This document shows positions 1-9,471 of a stretch of DNA of 64,000 nt, one piece after another (within the stretch, counting starts at the first letter, position 1; the number at the start of each line of letters is the position of its first letter). This stretch comes from Sulfurospirillaceae bacterium. Its GTDB lineage: Bacteria > Campylobacterota > Campylobacteria > Campylobacterales > Sulfurospirillaceae. Position numbers and translations under genes: made by a program. The stretch spans positions 96,001-160,000 of the forward strand of contig JAWVXD010000002.1 in the NCBI GenBank assembly GCA_033723415.1, in the 5' to 3' direction. The notes beneath the pieces are model-generated. The model was given only the letters and a program-made list of their open reading frames with translations. It was not told the origin of the DNA and did no database searches.

Positions 1-204
1 AAGATCAAAACCGTCAACATTTGGCATTATAATATCCGTAAATATTATATCCGGTTTTTTGGATGCGATAATATTCAATGCTTCTTCTGCATTCGCAGCT
101 TTATAAACATTTGAAAACACCACACTGAGGTATTCATACATTTCTTCAAGTGAATACAAATCATCATCTACGACTAGAGCTGTGTATTGCATTAAACTAT
201 CCAT
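1..204 (-). CDS. Response regulator, N-terminal receiver domain (runs off the window start)
   Basis: Own translation from ATG at 204: MDSLMQYTALVVDDDLYSLEEMYEYL...KKPDIIFTDIIMPNVDGFDL, with the acidic DD pair and the phospho-acceptor D-I-x-M-P-x-x-D-G motif. Confidence 0.9.
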   Translation of the reverse strand, partial: MDSLMQYTALVVDDDLYSLEEMYEYLSVVFSNVYKAANAEEALNIIASKKPDIIFTDIIMPNVDGFDL

Positions 205-237
205 ATAATTTTTTGTTTTCAGAGTCGATCAAAAATG

Positions 238-270
238 ATTATAACAAAACAGTGTCTTTAAAGTGTCTTT
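238..270 (-). promoter_or_regulatory. Extended -10 promoter (TGTTATAAT) with an 11-bp-period direct repeat over the -35 region
   Basis: Minus-strand TATAAT at 238-243 preceded by TGT; AGTGTCTTT repeated at 251-259 and 262-270. Confidence 0.55.
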
Positions 271-746
271 TAAATAGTTTTGCAATCAGTCAGCTTTTCT
301 AATACTTCATTTACATGTCCTTTTACTTTAACTTTATCCCAGAAAGCTGCTATTTTACCGCTTGGATCAATCAAAAAAGTTGAACGAACTATACCCATAT
401 ACTCTTTCCCGTATAATTTTTTTAACTGCCAAACGCCATACAGATTTGAAACCTCTTTTTCTACATCAGACAACAATGTGATCTGTAAATCTTTTTTTTG
501 AATAAAGTTTCTATGACTTTTTGGACTATCCGGGCTTATCCCTATAATAACAGCGTCAATCTTATCAAAATCCGGCATCATTTGTGTAAATTCACAAGCT
601 TCAGTCGTACATCCAGGAGTATTGTCTTTTGGATAAAAATACAATACTATCCATTTTCCTTTTAGATCTCTCATACATATCTCTACATCATCTTGATTTG
701 GTAAACAAAATTCAGGTGCGTTTTTACCTATTTCTAACATTGACAT
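270..746 (-). CDS. bcp: Thioredoxin-dependent thiol peroxidase (Bcp/PrxQ)
   Basis: LYFYPKDNTPGCTTEACEF peroxiredoxin-Q motif and GIVRSTFLID. Confidence 0.97.
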   Translation of the reverse strand: MSMLEIGKNAPEFCLPNQDDVEICMRDLKGKWIVLYFYPKDNTPGCTTEACEFTQMMPDFDKIDAVIIGISPDSPKSHRNFIQKKDLQITLLSDVEKEVSNLYGVWQLKKLYGKEYMGIVRSTFLIDPSGKIAAFWDKVKVKGHVNEVLEKLTDCKTI

Positions 747-793
747 CCTTTTTATATTTTATTCTCGTGTATTATCGACAAACTAACTAAAAA

Positions 794-1648
794 CTAGAAT
801 TTATTTATCTTGAACCACTCTTGTGGAAGTCCTACCTCTGAGCTATATGCCGCAACGATCATGCTCGCAACCATACCGCGAGATGCACTGTCACCACCAG
901 CTTTGGCATTTTGAATCAAAAGATTTTTTAGATCAAACGGATACTTACTTAAAAGATGAATAATACCACTGAACCCCTCATCTATACCGCATGCCGGGCC
1001 AAATTTTCTTATTGTTTCAAAGGTGTCTTGGTGTTTTGATGCAACTCCATTTTCTACGCTTTTTATCACATAAGGACTAAACTCATCTTTCAAAAGTAGC
1101 ATCTCTTTTTCTATATTTTTTGATTTTTCTGCTCTGAAAAGAAGCTTGGCAAAAAAGATAGATGCTTCTATTACTTTTGGTGAATTGTGAGAAAGCCTCA
1201 CAAAATCATTAACATTTCGTAGGAAAGAAGCTTCATCTTTTGAAACCAGTAAAAGCGGTGCTATTCGACCGATCACTGAGAAATCTTCTGAATTTGAGCC
1301 TATAGTTTTACCTTGTTCTAGATTTACAAGCGTTTCTCTTGTCGCACCGTCGATATAGCCCTCGTATGAGCCCATCTTATCTCTCCAAAATTCCAGATAC
1401 TCTAAAGCATTAAATTCTGATTTGTCTTTTAAAAATTCTTTTAAGAAATATGCTTGATCTCCTATATGAGTAAAGTCTCCGGCATTTTTACCTTTATGCC
1501 ATTGTGCTTTTGGAGCGTTTAATGCTTCCCAATCAACATCTAGATCATGTAATTGTTTTTCATCATAGACCCAATGAGCACCTAAACTATAGGAATCTGC
1601 TACAAGTGTCACTAAAACTATCTCTTCTATTTTTTCTTTACTAAACAT
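794..1648 (-). CDS. ADP-ribosylglycohydrolase family protein (atypical motifs)
   Basis: ADSYSLG..HW N-terminus, GDFTHIGDQ, SHN and NAKAGGDSASRG match the ARH/DraG-fold pattern; SD AAGGA upstream. Confidence 0.8.
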   Translation of the reverse strand: MFSKEKIEEIVLVTLVADSYSLGAHWVYDEKQLHDLDVDWEALNAPKAQWHKGKNAGDFTHIGDQAYFLKEFLKDKSEFNALEYLEFWRDKMGSYEGYIDGATRETLVNLEQGKTIGSNSEDFSVIGRIAPLLLVSKDEASFLRNVNDFVRLSHNSPKVIEASIFFAKLLFRAEKSKNIEKEMLLLKDEFSPYVIKSVENGVASKHQDTFETIRKFGPACGIDEGFSGIIHLLSKYPFDLKNLLIQNAKAGGDSASRGMVASMIVAAYSSEVGLPQEWFKINKF

Positions 1649-1719
1649 AATGTATCCTTTTATTTATATATATTTATTATAACCCTCAAAAGTAAATAAT
1701 GTTATTTAATAATATTTTT

Positions 1720-1746
1720 TTCATAAAATTGATACAATTCTATGAA
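1720..1746 (+). promoter_or_regulatory. Palindrome overlapping the extended -10 of trxC
   Basis: TTCATAAAATTG-ATA-CAATTCTATGAA (11/12 inverted repeat) contains TGnTACAAT at 1730-1738. Confidence 0.5.
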
Positions 1747-1797
1747 CAAAAACTAAACACAACAATAAAAAGTGTATCTATTTGGAGGGATAATAAA

Positions 1798-2220
1798 ATG
1801 AAAGTTATATGTCCACACTGCCTAGCAATAAATAATGTTCCTATAAAAGAAGACTACAACAAGGCTAACTGTGGAAAATGTAAACAATCTCTTTTGGAGG
1901 CAAAACCTGTTGACCTGACAAGCTCAAATATAGATAGAATATTAGAGAATTCTGACATCCCTGTGATAGTTGATTTTTGGGCACCTTGGTGTGGTCCATG
2001 CAAGATGATGGCTCCAGTATTTGCTGATGTTGCTATAGGATTCCCGTTAAAAGCACTCTTTGCTAAAGTAAACACTGAAAATGAACAATTCTTAGGAAGC
2101 AGGTTTAAGATAAGAAGCATCCCTACATTGGTAGTTTTTAAAAATGGTAAAGAAGTTGAACGAGTATCAGGGGCGATGGATCCTATTTCCTTGGAAAGCT
2201 TTGTCAGAAAATTTGTATAA
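1798..2220 (+). CDS. trxC: Thioredoxin 2 (zinc-finger thioredoxin)
   Basis: CPHC...CGKC zinc finger plus WCGPC active site; start moved to ATG 1798 after the GGAGG SD. Confidence 0.95.
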   Translation: MKVICPHCLAINNVPIKEDYNKANCGKCKQSLLEAKPVDLTSSNIDRILENSDIPVIVDFWAPWCGPCKMMAPVFADVAIGFPLKALFAKVNTENEQFLGSRFKIRSIPTLVVFKNGKEVERVSGAMDPISLESFVRKFV

Positions 2221-2264
2221 CATCTTTTTTTTTCATCTTGGCAATATAAGATACATAAGCAACA

Positions 2265-3482
2265 ATGAACAATAAAAAATTAAATGTATTTACCCTATCC
2301 AGCCTTATTATAGGTCCAATCCTAGGTTCTGGTATTATATTATTGCCTCCCCTTTTATATGATAGGGTCGGTAACTATTCATTAATTATTTGGGCCGGTA
2401 TCCTTGTGCTTGGTTTTTTATTTGCCATGATATTTGGAAAACTTGCTACATTATATCCTGGAGATGGAGGCGTCTCTTTGGCTACAAAAGCTGCCATGGG
2501 AAAGCATTATCAACTTTTGACATCACTGTATCTTATATGCGCTGTTTTATTTGGTCCGCCTGCCGTATTCTTGATAGCAGCTAAATTCATTTCGGCATAC
2601 TTTCCGCAAACTCCTTTGAGCATTTTGGGCTTTTTTATATACCTTCTGACATACGCGTTACTTCTCTTAAGAATTGATTTTTTAGGCAAGTTGATGCTAA
2701 TTGTCACAACTGCCATAACATTAATATTTTTTATATCAAGTGTAAATATTTTAATACATGCTCATTCATTTACTTTTATACTGCCTCATATTCAAATAAA
2801 AGAGATCGGATATTCTTTTTTAATCGTGTTTTGGGCTATAGTCGGCTGGGAAGTTATAGGGAACTATTCAAATGAAGTTAAAGACCAAAGGACCCTGATA
2901 AATGCCGTCATATTTTCTGCTGTAATAGTATCTTGCATATATTTTTTGATTGCTCTTGCAGTTTGTGTTGGAGATTTTCAATACAAAGGAACTCAGGCAT
3001 TCAAACTCGTATGGCTCTTGCAGCCATTGTTTAAGGAGTATTCACAAATAATACTCTCAAGCATGTCCGTGATCTTGTGTATAGGAACGCTTATGCTTTT
3101 CATAGGTGGAGTTTCAAGACTGATCTCATCACTAAATTTGACAAAATATTCATCCAAACATCTAAAAAACGGTACTCCTATAGGAGCATTAAATTTTTTA
3201 TCTACTGTATATCTGATTGAGCTTTATCTAGTTCATGAGGGCTTTTTGACCTTAGATAAACTAGTAGCATCTGCCGATGGTTTTTTCATCGCAAATGCAA
3301 CCATAGGACTAGTAACTGCCATAATTCTTTTTAAAAACGGTATTTTGAGATTTGGCGCAATCATTCTATCTGCTCTTTTTCTGAGTATCTTGCTTTTTTC
3401 AAATATTTTTATTTTATCTCTCATTATAGGACTTTTTTTATTTACATACTTTAAAGCTAAAAGATCTATACTACTGGTTTAG
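2265..3482 (+). CDS. APC-family amino acid permease (YjeH-like)
   Basis: Many hydrophobic segments, GSGIILLP, YPGDGG and FWAIVGWE motifs. Confidence 0.85.
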   Translation: MNNKKLNVFTLSSLIIGPILGSGIILLPPLLYDRVGNYSLIIWAGILVLGFLFAMIFGKLATLYPGDGGVSLATKAAMGKHYQLLTSLYLICAVLFGPPAVFLIAAKFISAYFPQTPLSILGFFIYLLTYALLLLRIDFLGKLMLIVTTAITLIFFISSVNILIHAHSFTFILPHIQIKEIGYSFLIVFWAIVGWEVIGNYSNEVKDQRTLINAVIFSAVIVSCIYFLIALAVCVGDFQYKGTQAFKLVWLLQPLFKEYSQIILSSMSVILCIGTLMLFIGGVSRLISSLNLTKYSSKHLKNGTPIGALNFLSTVYLIELYLVHEGFLTLDKLVASADGFFIANATIGLVTAIILFKNGILRFGAIILSALFLSILLFSNIFILSLIIGLFLFTYFKAKRSILLV

Positions 3483-3631
3483 TAAAGTAAATAAGGCAAA
3501 AACAACAATTTTCATAAATGGATTTTTAGCTTCTAAATGTGCTCTGAGTTGCCCTCTATTGACTCCTAAAACTACATTTAATGTAAACTTGGATATTATT
3601 ATACCTATTTTAATACAACAGGTAGGCACAA

Positions 3632-4546
3632 ATGGAAAAAGCAAAATTTATTTGGATGGATGGAACACTAACCCCTTGGGATGAAGCAAATGTTCATATC
3701 TTAACCCATACTCTACATTATGGGAACGGCGTGTTTGAAGGCACAAGAGCCTATATGACAGAAAAAGGGCTTGCCATTTTTAAATTGAGAGAACATACCA
3801 AGAGACTTTTGAACTCTGCTAAGATAACAAGAATAAAACCAAATTTTACATTAGAAGAGCTAGAGAAGGCTCAAATCGACACATTAAGAGAAAATAATTT
3901 TAAGTCAAATGTATATATAAGGCCTCTTATATATCTAGGATATGGGATTATGGGTCTATACCACATAAATGCTCCTGTCAGAACTGCAATAGCAGCTTGG
4001 GAATGGGGAAGTTATCTAGGGGATGAAGGATTAGAAAAAGGGATAAGAGTCAAAATCTCGTCTTTTGCAAGAAACCCTGTCAGCTCAACTATGGGAAAGG
4101 CAAAAGCTGCTGCAAATTATCTAAATTCACAATTAGCTAAGTTTGAAGCTATGGAAGCAGGATATGAAGAGGCTCTCTTGCTAGATACGGAAGGTTTTGT
4201 AGCAGAAGGAAGCGGCGAGTGCTTTTTTATAGTTAGAGACGGTGTATTAATCTCTCCTCCAAATGATACTTCTCTAGAAAGTATAACTCAAGGAATGGTA
4301 ATACAATTGGCAAAAGATGCAGGAATAGAAGTACAAAGAAGAAGAATTACAAGAGATGAAGTTTATATAGCTGATGAAGCATTTTTTACCGGTACTGCCG
4401 CAGAAGTAACTCCTATAAAAGATGTTGACGGCTATGTCATAGGAGATGGCAAAAGAGGCGAAATGACCAAACAACTTCAAAATGCATACTTTGATGTAGT
4501 TTATGGAAGAAATAAAAAATATGAGCATTTGCTAACGTATATTTAA
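3632..4546 (+). CDS. ilvE: Branched-chain amino acid aminotransferase
   Basis: LHYGNGVFEG, YIRP, AKAAANY, EGSGEC and FFTGTAAEVTPI class IV PLP motifs. Confidence 0.97.
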   Translation: MEKAKFIWMDGTLTPWDEANVHILTHTLHYGNGVFEGTRAYMTEKGLAIFKLREHTKRLLNSAKITRIKPNFTLEELEKAQIDTLRENNFKSNVYIRPLIYLGYGIMGLYHINAPVRTAIAAWEWGSYLGDEGLEKGIRVKISSFARNPVSSTMGKAKAAANYLNSQLAKFEAMEAGYEEALLLDTEGFVAEGSGECFFIVRDGVLISPPNDTSLESITQGMVIQLAKDAGIEVQRRRITRDEVYIADEAFFTGTAAEVTPIKDVDGYVIGDGKRGEMTKQLQNAYFDVVYGRNKKYEHLLTYI

Positions 4547-4555
4547 CAAAGGGCG

Positions 4556-4707
4556 GTATAATAAAGAATATCAAGATTAAATTTAGTTTAATACCTCAAA
4601 CAAATTAAACTAATATGATAAATTCTACACAAAGCGTGAGCTTATGTGATAGAAATTTGTATCAGGATAAGTTCCAATACAAAATACAATGAAAAAGGAA
4701 AGTAATG
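4556..4707 (+). repeat. Structured intergenic element, apparent diverged relative of the nuoB-nuoC insert
   Basis: Perfect 10-bp inverted repeat TTAGTTTAAT/ATTAAACTAA; stem capped by AAGC-GTGA-GCTT; 4624-4659 is 25/36 identical, ungapped, to 47521-47486 (minus). Confidence 0.5.
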
Positions 4708-5802
4708 CCAGTTGATTTAAATGATTATTTTAAGAAAAAGAATGGAAGTAACGGAGGCAATAGCGGAGGAGGAGACGGTGGAAATCGTCGACCAAGCCAA
4801 GGTTTTGAGCCACCTGAGATATTTAAGAATCTAGGCAAAAAAGCAGGATTCTTATATGTTCTAATTGCCATAATAGCATTACTTGTGATTTCAAAACCAT
4901 TTGTGATAATAAACTCTGGAGAGATGGGAATAAAAGCAACGGCAGGAAAGTTTGAGACTACCCCTTTAAACCCTGGTTTTCATATATTTATTCCTTTTGT
5001 CCAACAGATTTTTATCGTGGATACCAAAGTTAGAGTTATTAACTATACCTCTGGTGCAGATCAAGAAAGTGTACAAAGAGGCTCTGGAATCAAAAATAAA
5101 AATGCAATATCAGTCTTAGATTCAAGAGGTTTGCCCGTATCTATTGACTTAACCGTTCAGTATAAACTTGAGCCTTCCACTGCTCCGCAAACTATAGCAA
5201 CATGGGGTATGGCATGGGAAGATAAAATCATAAATCCTGTTGTTAGAGACGTCGCAAGAAATGTTGTAGGGCAATACCCTGCAGAAGAGTTACCGGTAAA
5301 AAGAAACATAATTGCCGCTAAAATTGATCAGCAAATAAGAAAAAACATCGAAGCGCAGCCCGGTCATCCAGTACAACTTTTAACGGTTCAATTAAGAAAC
5401 ATTATTTTGCCTCAAAAGATTAAAGATCAAATAGAAATAGTGCAAATAGCAAGACAGAGAGTTGAAAAAACCAAATATGAAGTAGAAACTGCAAATCAAG
5501 AAGCTCAAAAAGCGGCAGCTCTTGCTCAAGGACAGGCAAATGCAAGGAAGATAAAAGCCCAAGGACAAGCAAATGCTGTCAAAATTGAAGCAGACGCTAA
5601 TGCATATGCAAATATTGAGATAGCAAAAAGCATCACTCCTAATCTCTTGAAACTTCGTCAGATAGAAGTCCAAGGTAAATTTAACGATGCTCTACAGGTA
5701 AATAAAGATGCAAAAATATTCTTGACACCTGGTGGAGCAGTACCAAATATCTGGGTTGATGCAAAAGATACACAAAAGCTATCAAGTATGAGTAGTAAGT
5801 AG
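4705..5802 (+). CDS. SPFH/prohibitin (band 7) family membrane protein
   Basis: Gly-rich N-terminus, one TM helix, SPFH core (GLPVSIDLTVQY) and Ala/Gln-rich coiled coil. Confidence 0.92.
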   Translation: MPVDLNDYFKKKNGSNGGNSGGGDGGNRRPSQGFEPPEIFKNLGKKAGFLYVLIAIIALLVISKPFVIINSGEMGIKATAGKFETTPLNPGFHIFIPFVQQIFIVDTKVRVINYTSGADQESVQRGSGIKNKNAISVLDSRGLPVSIDLTVQYKLEPSTAPQTIATWGMAWEDKIINPVVRDVARNVVGQYPAEELPVKRNIIAAKIDQQIRKNIEAQPGHPVQLLTVQLRNIILPQKIKDQIEIVQIARQRVEKTKYEVETANQEAQKAAALAQGQANARKIKAQGQANAVKIEADANAYANIEIAKSITPNLLKLRQIEVQGKFNDALQVNKDAKIFLTPGGAVPNIWVDAKDTQKLSSMSSK

Positions 5803-5808
5803 GAAATT

Positions 5809-6492
5809 ATGGATAAAGAGCTAATAAACACTATTGACTGGGAAAAAAATCTTCTTATCCCGGTCATTGCCCAAGATTATCAAAGCGGGGAAGTGCTTAT
5901 GTTGGCTTATACCAATAGAGAAGCTCTTGATCTAACCATCAAGACAAATGTAGCTCATTATTATTCAAGAAGTAGAAAAAGGCTTTGGAAAAAAGGTGAA
6001 CAAAGCGGAAATATACAGGAAATAAAAGAGATATATCTTGATTGTGACAGCGACACATTACTTTTAAAAGTAAAACAAACTGGTGTCGCTTGCCACACTG
6101 GGAGAACGTCTTGTTTCTTTAATCGTATTGATTTATGCGAAGATACAAAACAAGTTGATCAACAGACAACTAACTATAGTGTAAGTGATGATCTATACCA
6201 TATTATCAAGGAACGAAAAAATTCTGATCCTTCAAAATCTTATGTATCTTCTTTATTCAAAAAAGGTGAAAATTCAATATTAAAAAAAGTCGTTGAAGAG
6301 GCCGGAGAGTTTTGTTTTGCAGTAAAAGATAAAAATGAAAAAGAGATTATCTATGAAGCTGCAGATCTTGCTTTTCACACACTTGTCGCTTTAGGCTATA
6401 GAGATATAAATCCTGATTTAGTAAAACAGGAATTAAAAAGAAGATTTGGAATAAGCGGCATTGAGGAGAAAAATAGTAGAAAAGATGGATGA
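5809..6492 (+). CDS. hisIE: Bifunctional phosphoribosyl-AMP cyclohydrolase / phosphoribosyl-ATP pyrophosphatase
   Basis: YSRSRKRLWKKGEQSG, DCDSDTLL, ACHTGRTSCF and KKVVEEAGE...EAADLAFH. Confidence 0.97.
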   Translation: MDKELINTIDWEKNLLIPVIAQDYQSGEVLMLAYTNREALDLTIKTNVAHYYSRSRKRLWKKGEQSGNIQEIKEIYLDCDSDTLLLKVKQTGVACHTGRTSCFFNRIDLCEDTKQVDQQTTNYSVSDDLYHIIKERKNSDPSKSYVSSLFKKGENSILKKVVEEAGEFCFAVKDKNEKEIIYEAADLAFHTLVALGYRDINPDLVKQELKRRFGISGIEEKNSRKDG

Positions 6493-7012
6493 TTTAAAAG
6501 CTTCTATTTCGCTGTATATCAAACATTTTACCAGTTATGATTATATAGCATATGGCTGGCTTTTGGCTACATTTGTACTACTTCTGATACTCTCAATATT
6601 GTTTATTAAAAAATCTCCTAAGACTTCTTTATTTCTTATATTATTAGCATTTGTTCTTTTTTTTATTTGTCCTATGTTCGTAAAGAACTTTCTTGATAAG
6701 ACAATAAGACCTCTAGAAGTAAAAAATATAAGTTATAAAAAACTGCATTTCTCAGATACGCTTATATTGAATTGGAGTATTCAAAATCTCTCGAAAAATC
6801 CATATCAATATTGTCAAACAACAGCTATAATATATGAACCGTCCAAATCCAAAATCAAATCATTTTTAGATAAATTAAACCCTATTTTAAGTAGAACAAT
6901 CTTAGAGGAAAAGACAATAAATCCAAATGAGATCAATAATGATCAATTGGTATTAAATAATTTTAATACCAACAGAGATATTAACATATCCGTAAAAGCA
7001 GAATGTTATTGA
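6485..7012 (+). CDS. Membrane protein, DUF2393-like
   Basis: Two N-terminal TM helices, then an Ig-like region with a Cys pair ending in 'ECY'; start at ATG 6485 overlapping the hisIE end. Confidence 0.65.
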   Translation: MDDLKASISLYIKHFTSYDYIAYGWLLATFVLLLILSILFIKKSPKTSLFLILLAFVLFFICPMFVKNFLDKTIRPLEVKNISYKKLHFSDTLILNWSIQNLSKNPYQYCQTTAIIYEPSKSKIKSFLDKLNPILSRTILEEKTINPNEINNDQLVLNNFNTNRDINISVKAECY

Positions 7013-7074
7013 ATTTAAAATTTTACATCTTAATATTTTAATACTATGTAATTCAAATTCTAACAAAAGATTTT

Positions 7075-7119
7075 AAAGTAGGAGAATTAGAAGTTTTATT
7101 CTTCTAATTCTCCTGCTTT
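7075..7119. terminator. Bidirectional intrinsic terminator between convergent genes
   Basis: 19-bp near-perfect inverted repeat AAAGTAGGAGAATTAGAAG / CTTCTAATTCTCCTGCTTT with a 7-nt loop. Confidence 0.85.
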
Positions 7120-7136
7120 TAGCTTATAACAATAGC

Positions 7137-8474
7137 TTATTTTATAAAATAATTCCCATCAAAACTTACAAGTGAATATTCCATATCATTGCCTATACTT
7201 GTTTTTAAAGCATCAATACTTAAAAAACTAAGAGAATCAGCCTCGATATACTCTTCAACTTCTTTTACGCTCTTATTTGCACTGATCAATTCTTCATAGC
7301 TTGGAGTATCAATACCATACTTATCTGGATGTTCAATAGTAGGTGAAGCTATACACATATGAACTTCTTTAGCCCCTGCTTCCTTTAATATCTTTATTAT
7401 TCTCTTGGCAGTCGTTCCTCTAACTATACTATCATCTATAACGACTATCTTTTTACCTTTCAAAAGGGAACCGATAGGCGATAATTTTAACTTGACTTTC
7501 ATATCTCGTTTTGCCTGAGTAGGTTCTATAAATGTTCGTCCAACATAGTGATTTCTGACTATTCCCATCTCAAATGGTATGTTACTCTCTTGAGCATATC
7601 CAAGTGCCGCACTAACACCGCTGTCAGGTACGGGGATGACTAGATCAGCATCTATTCTACTTTCTCGTGCCAATGCTCTTCCCATCTCTTTTCTAGCGGC
7701 ATAAACACTTTTACCTTCAATAACGCTATCAGGTCTTGCAAAATATATAAATTCAAATGCACAAATTCTAGGCTCTGGCTCAAATAATTGTACGCTTTCA
7801 TATTCATCTTTTGCATTATCAAATATTATCATCTCGCCAGGTCTCACATCTCTTATAAAGTGTGCCCCCACTAGATCAAATGCACAGGTTTCACTGGCCA
7901 CAATATATCCTCCATCATCTAAACGCCCCAAAGATAATGGTCTTACCCCATACTTGTCTCTAATGGCAAACATCTTATTTCTACCTTGTATCAAAAGGCA
8001 ATATGCACCTTTTATGACATTCAATGCCTCAACGATTCTATCTCTTAGATGCTCTTTATGGCTTCGTGCTATAAGATGTATTATATTTTCGGTATCCATC
8101 ATAGATTGAAATATTGCACCTTCTTCTATAAGATCCCTTCTTACTTCGTCTTTATTTATCAGGTTTCCGTTATGGGCTACTGAAATTTCACCCAGTTTAT
8201 AATTTGCATGCACAGGTTGTGCATCAACAGTAGATTTTTTACCTGCTGTTGAGTATCTATTGTGCCCAATTGCTATATTACCTGTTAGATGATTCAATGC
8301 GTCTTCATCAAACACTTCGGTTACTAAACCTTTTTTCTTAATAGTTTTTAATACTTTCCCGTCACTTACGCTAATACCTGTTGCTTCTTGCCCACGATGT
8401 TGCATAGCAAAAAGAGAATAATAAGCGATCCTAGCAGAATCGTTCGTACCAAATACACCGACTATTGCACACAT
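7137..8474 (-). CDS. purF: Amidophosphoribosyltransferase
   Basis: N-terminal MC nucleophile, QHRGQE, GHNRYST and VVIDDSIVRGTT. Confidence 0.98.
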   Translation of the reverse strand: MCAIVGVFGTNDSARIAYYSLFAMQHRGQEATGISVSDGKVLKTIKKKGLVTEVFDEDALNHLTGNIAIGHNRYSTAGKKSTVDAQPVHANYKLGEISVAHNGNLINKDEVRRDLIEEGAIFQSMMDTENIIHLIARSHKEHLRDRIVEALNVIKGAYCLLIQGRNKMFAIRDKYGVRPLSLGRLDDGGYIVASETCAFDLVGAHFIRDVRPGEMIIFDNAKDEYESVQLFEPEPRICAFEFIYFARPDSVIEGKSVYAARKEMGRALARESRIDADLVIPVPDSGVSAALGYAQESNIPFEMGIVRNHYVGRTFIEPTQAKRDMKVKLKLSPIGSLLKGKKIVVIDDSIVRGTTAKRIIKILKEAGAKEVHMCIASPTIEHPDKYGIDTPSYEELISANKSVKEVEEYIEADSLSFLSIDALKTSIGNDMEYSLVSFDGNYFIK

Positions 8475-8688
8475 TTAAAACCTTTTTTATTATTTTATTT
8501 CTTATAGAAGAAGATAATTGAATATCAATCCTCTATTTTATAGCTAAAACCGTCTCATTATGAAAAAGCTTTAGATAAAGTGTTTGTTCTTATTAAGAAT
8601 AGAAAGCATATTTCCTATTCAACCCCTATCACAATACAAAAAAAATATTGATATAGAAAGATATAATGATACTAAATGTAGTAATATT

Positions 8689-9471
8689 CTAAAGACCTAT
8701 ACAATCATCTATAGTATACAAACCATTTTCTTGTTTTCCTATCCATTTAGCCGCTTTGATTGCGCCTTTGGCAAATGTATCTCTGCTTGTTGCGGTATGA
8801 TTTAATTCTATAAATTCACCATTATTGTAAAAACCAACAGTGTGTCTGCCTACAATATCTCCACCGCGAAGAGCCATGATGGCAATCTCATCTTTACTTC
8901 TCTCACCGATCAATCCATTTCTACCGCTAACTCTAACATCTTCTAAATTTAGACCTCTAGCACTAGCTGCGTGTTCACCTAATGTCATAGCTGTCCCACT
9001 TGGAGCATCTTTTTTGTATCTATGATGTTGTTCGACTATCTCAATATCAAAATCACTTAAACTCTTTGATGCAATAGCAACCAATTTATTTAATACAGCA
9101 ACTCCCAAAGACATATTTGTTGAATACAATATAGGCATAAGTTTTGACGCTTCATTTAGGAGATTTTTTTGATGTTCATTTAACCCTGTTGTTCCAATGA
9201 CTAGCGGAGTAGGTTTTTCTAGTGCAGCTTCAAGTAAGGATTCTGTTGCAAAAGCAATAGTAAAGTCTATTATAACATCACTATTTTCAAATAACTCATC
9301 ATATGATTCTGTCAAAATTGCATTTGCCGGTAAAATACTTTTGTATTCTTCTATTGCGTGAAGCATATGTGGATATGCTTCATCATCTCCCTTAAGATTT
9401 TCAACTAAAAGTTGTCCTACTCTACCGGTTGAGCCATGTATTCCTACTCTCAATGAGTTCTTATCAATCAT
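8689..9471 (-). CDS. dapB: 4-hydroxy-tetrahydrodipicolinate reductase
   Basis: IDFT, VIGTTG and [15 protein letters not shown] motifs. Confidence 0.97.
   Translation of the reverse strand: MIDKNSLRVGIHGSTGRVGQLLVENLKGDDEAYPHMLHAIEEYKSILPANAILTESYDELFENSDVIIDFTIAFATESLLEAALEKPTPLVIGTTGLNEHQKNLLNEASKLMPILYSTNMSLGVAVLNKLVAIASKSLSDFDIEIVEQHHRYKKDAPSGTAMTLGEHAASARGLNLEDVRVSGRNGLIGERSKDEIAIMALRGGDIVGRHTVGFYNNGEFIELNHTATSRDTFAKGAIKAAKWIGKQENGLYTIDDCIGL

Noticed and set aside
1699..1797. N-terminal extension of trxC given by the ORF track
   Set aside because: It covers the promoter and palindrome; a clear SD supports ATG 1798.
8584..8805. 73-aa plus-strand ORF near dapB
   Set aside because: Non-ATG start, no SD, and antisense overlap with dapB.
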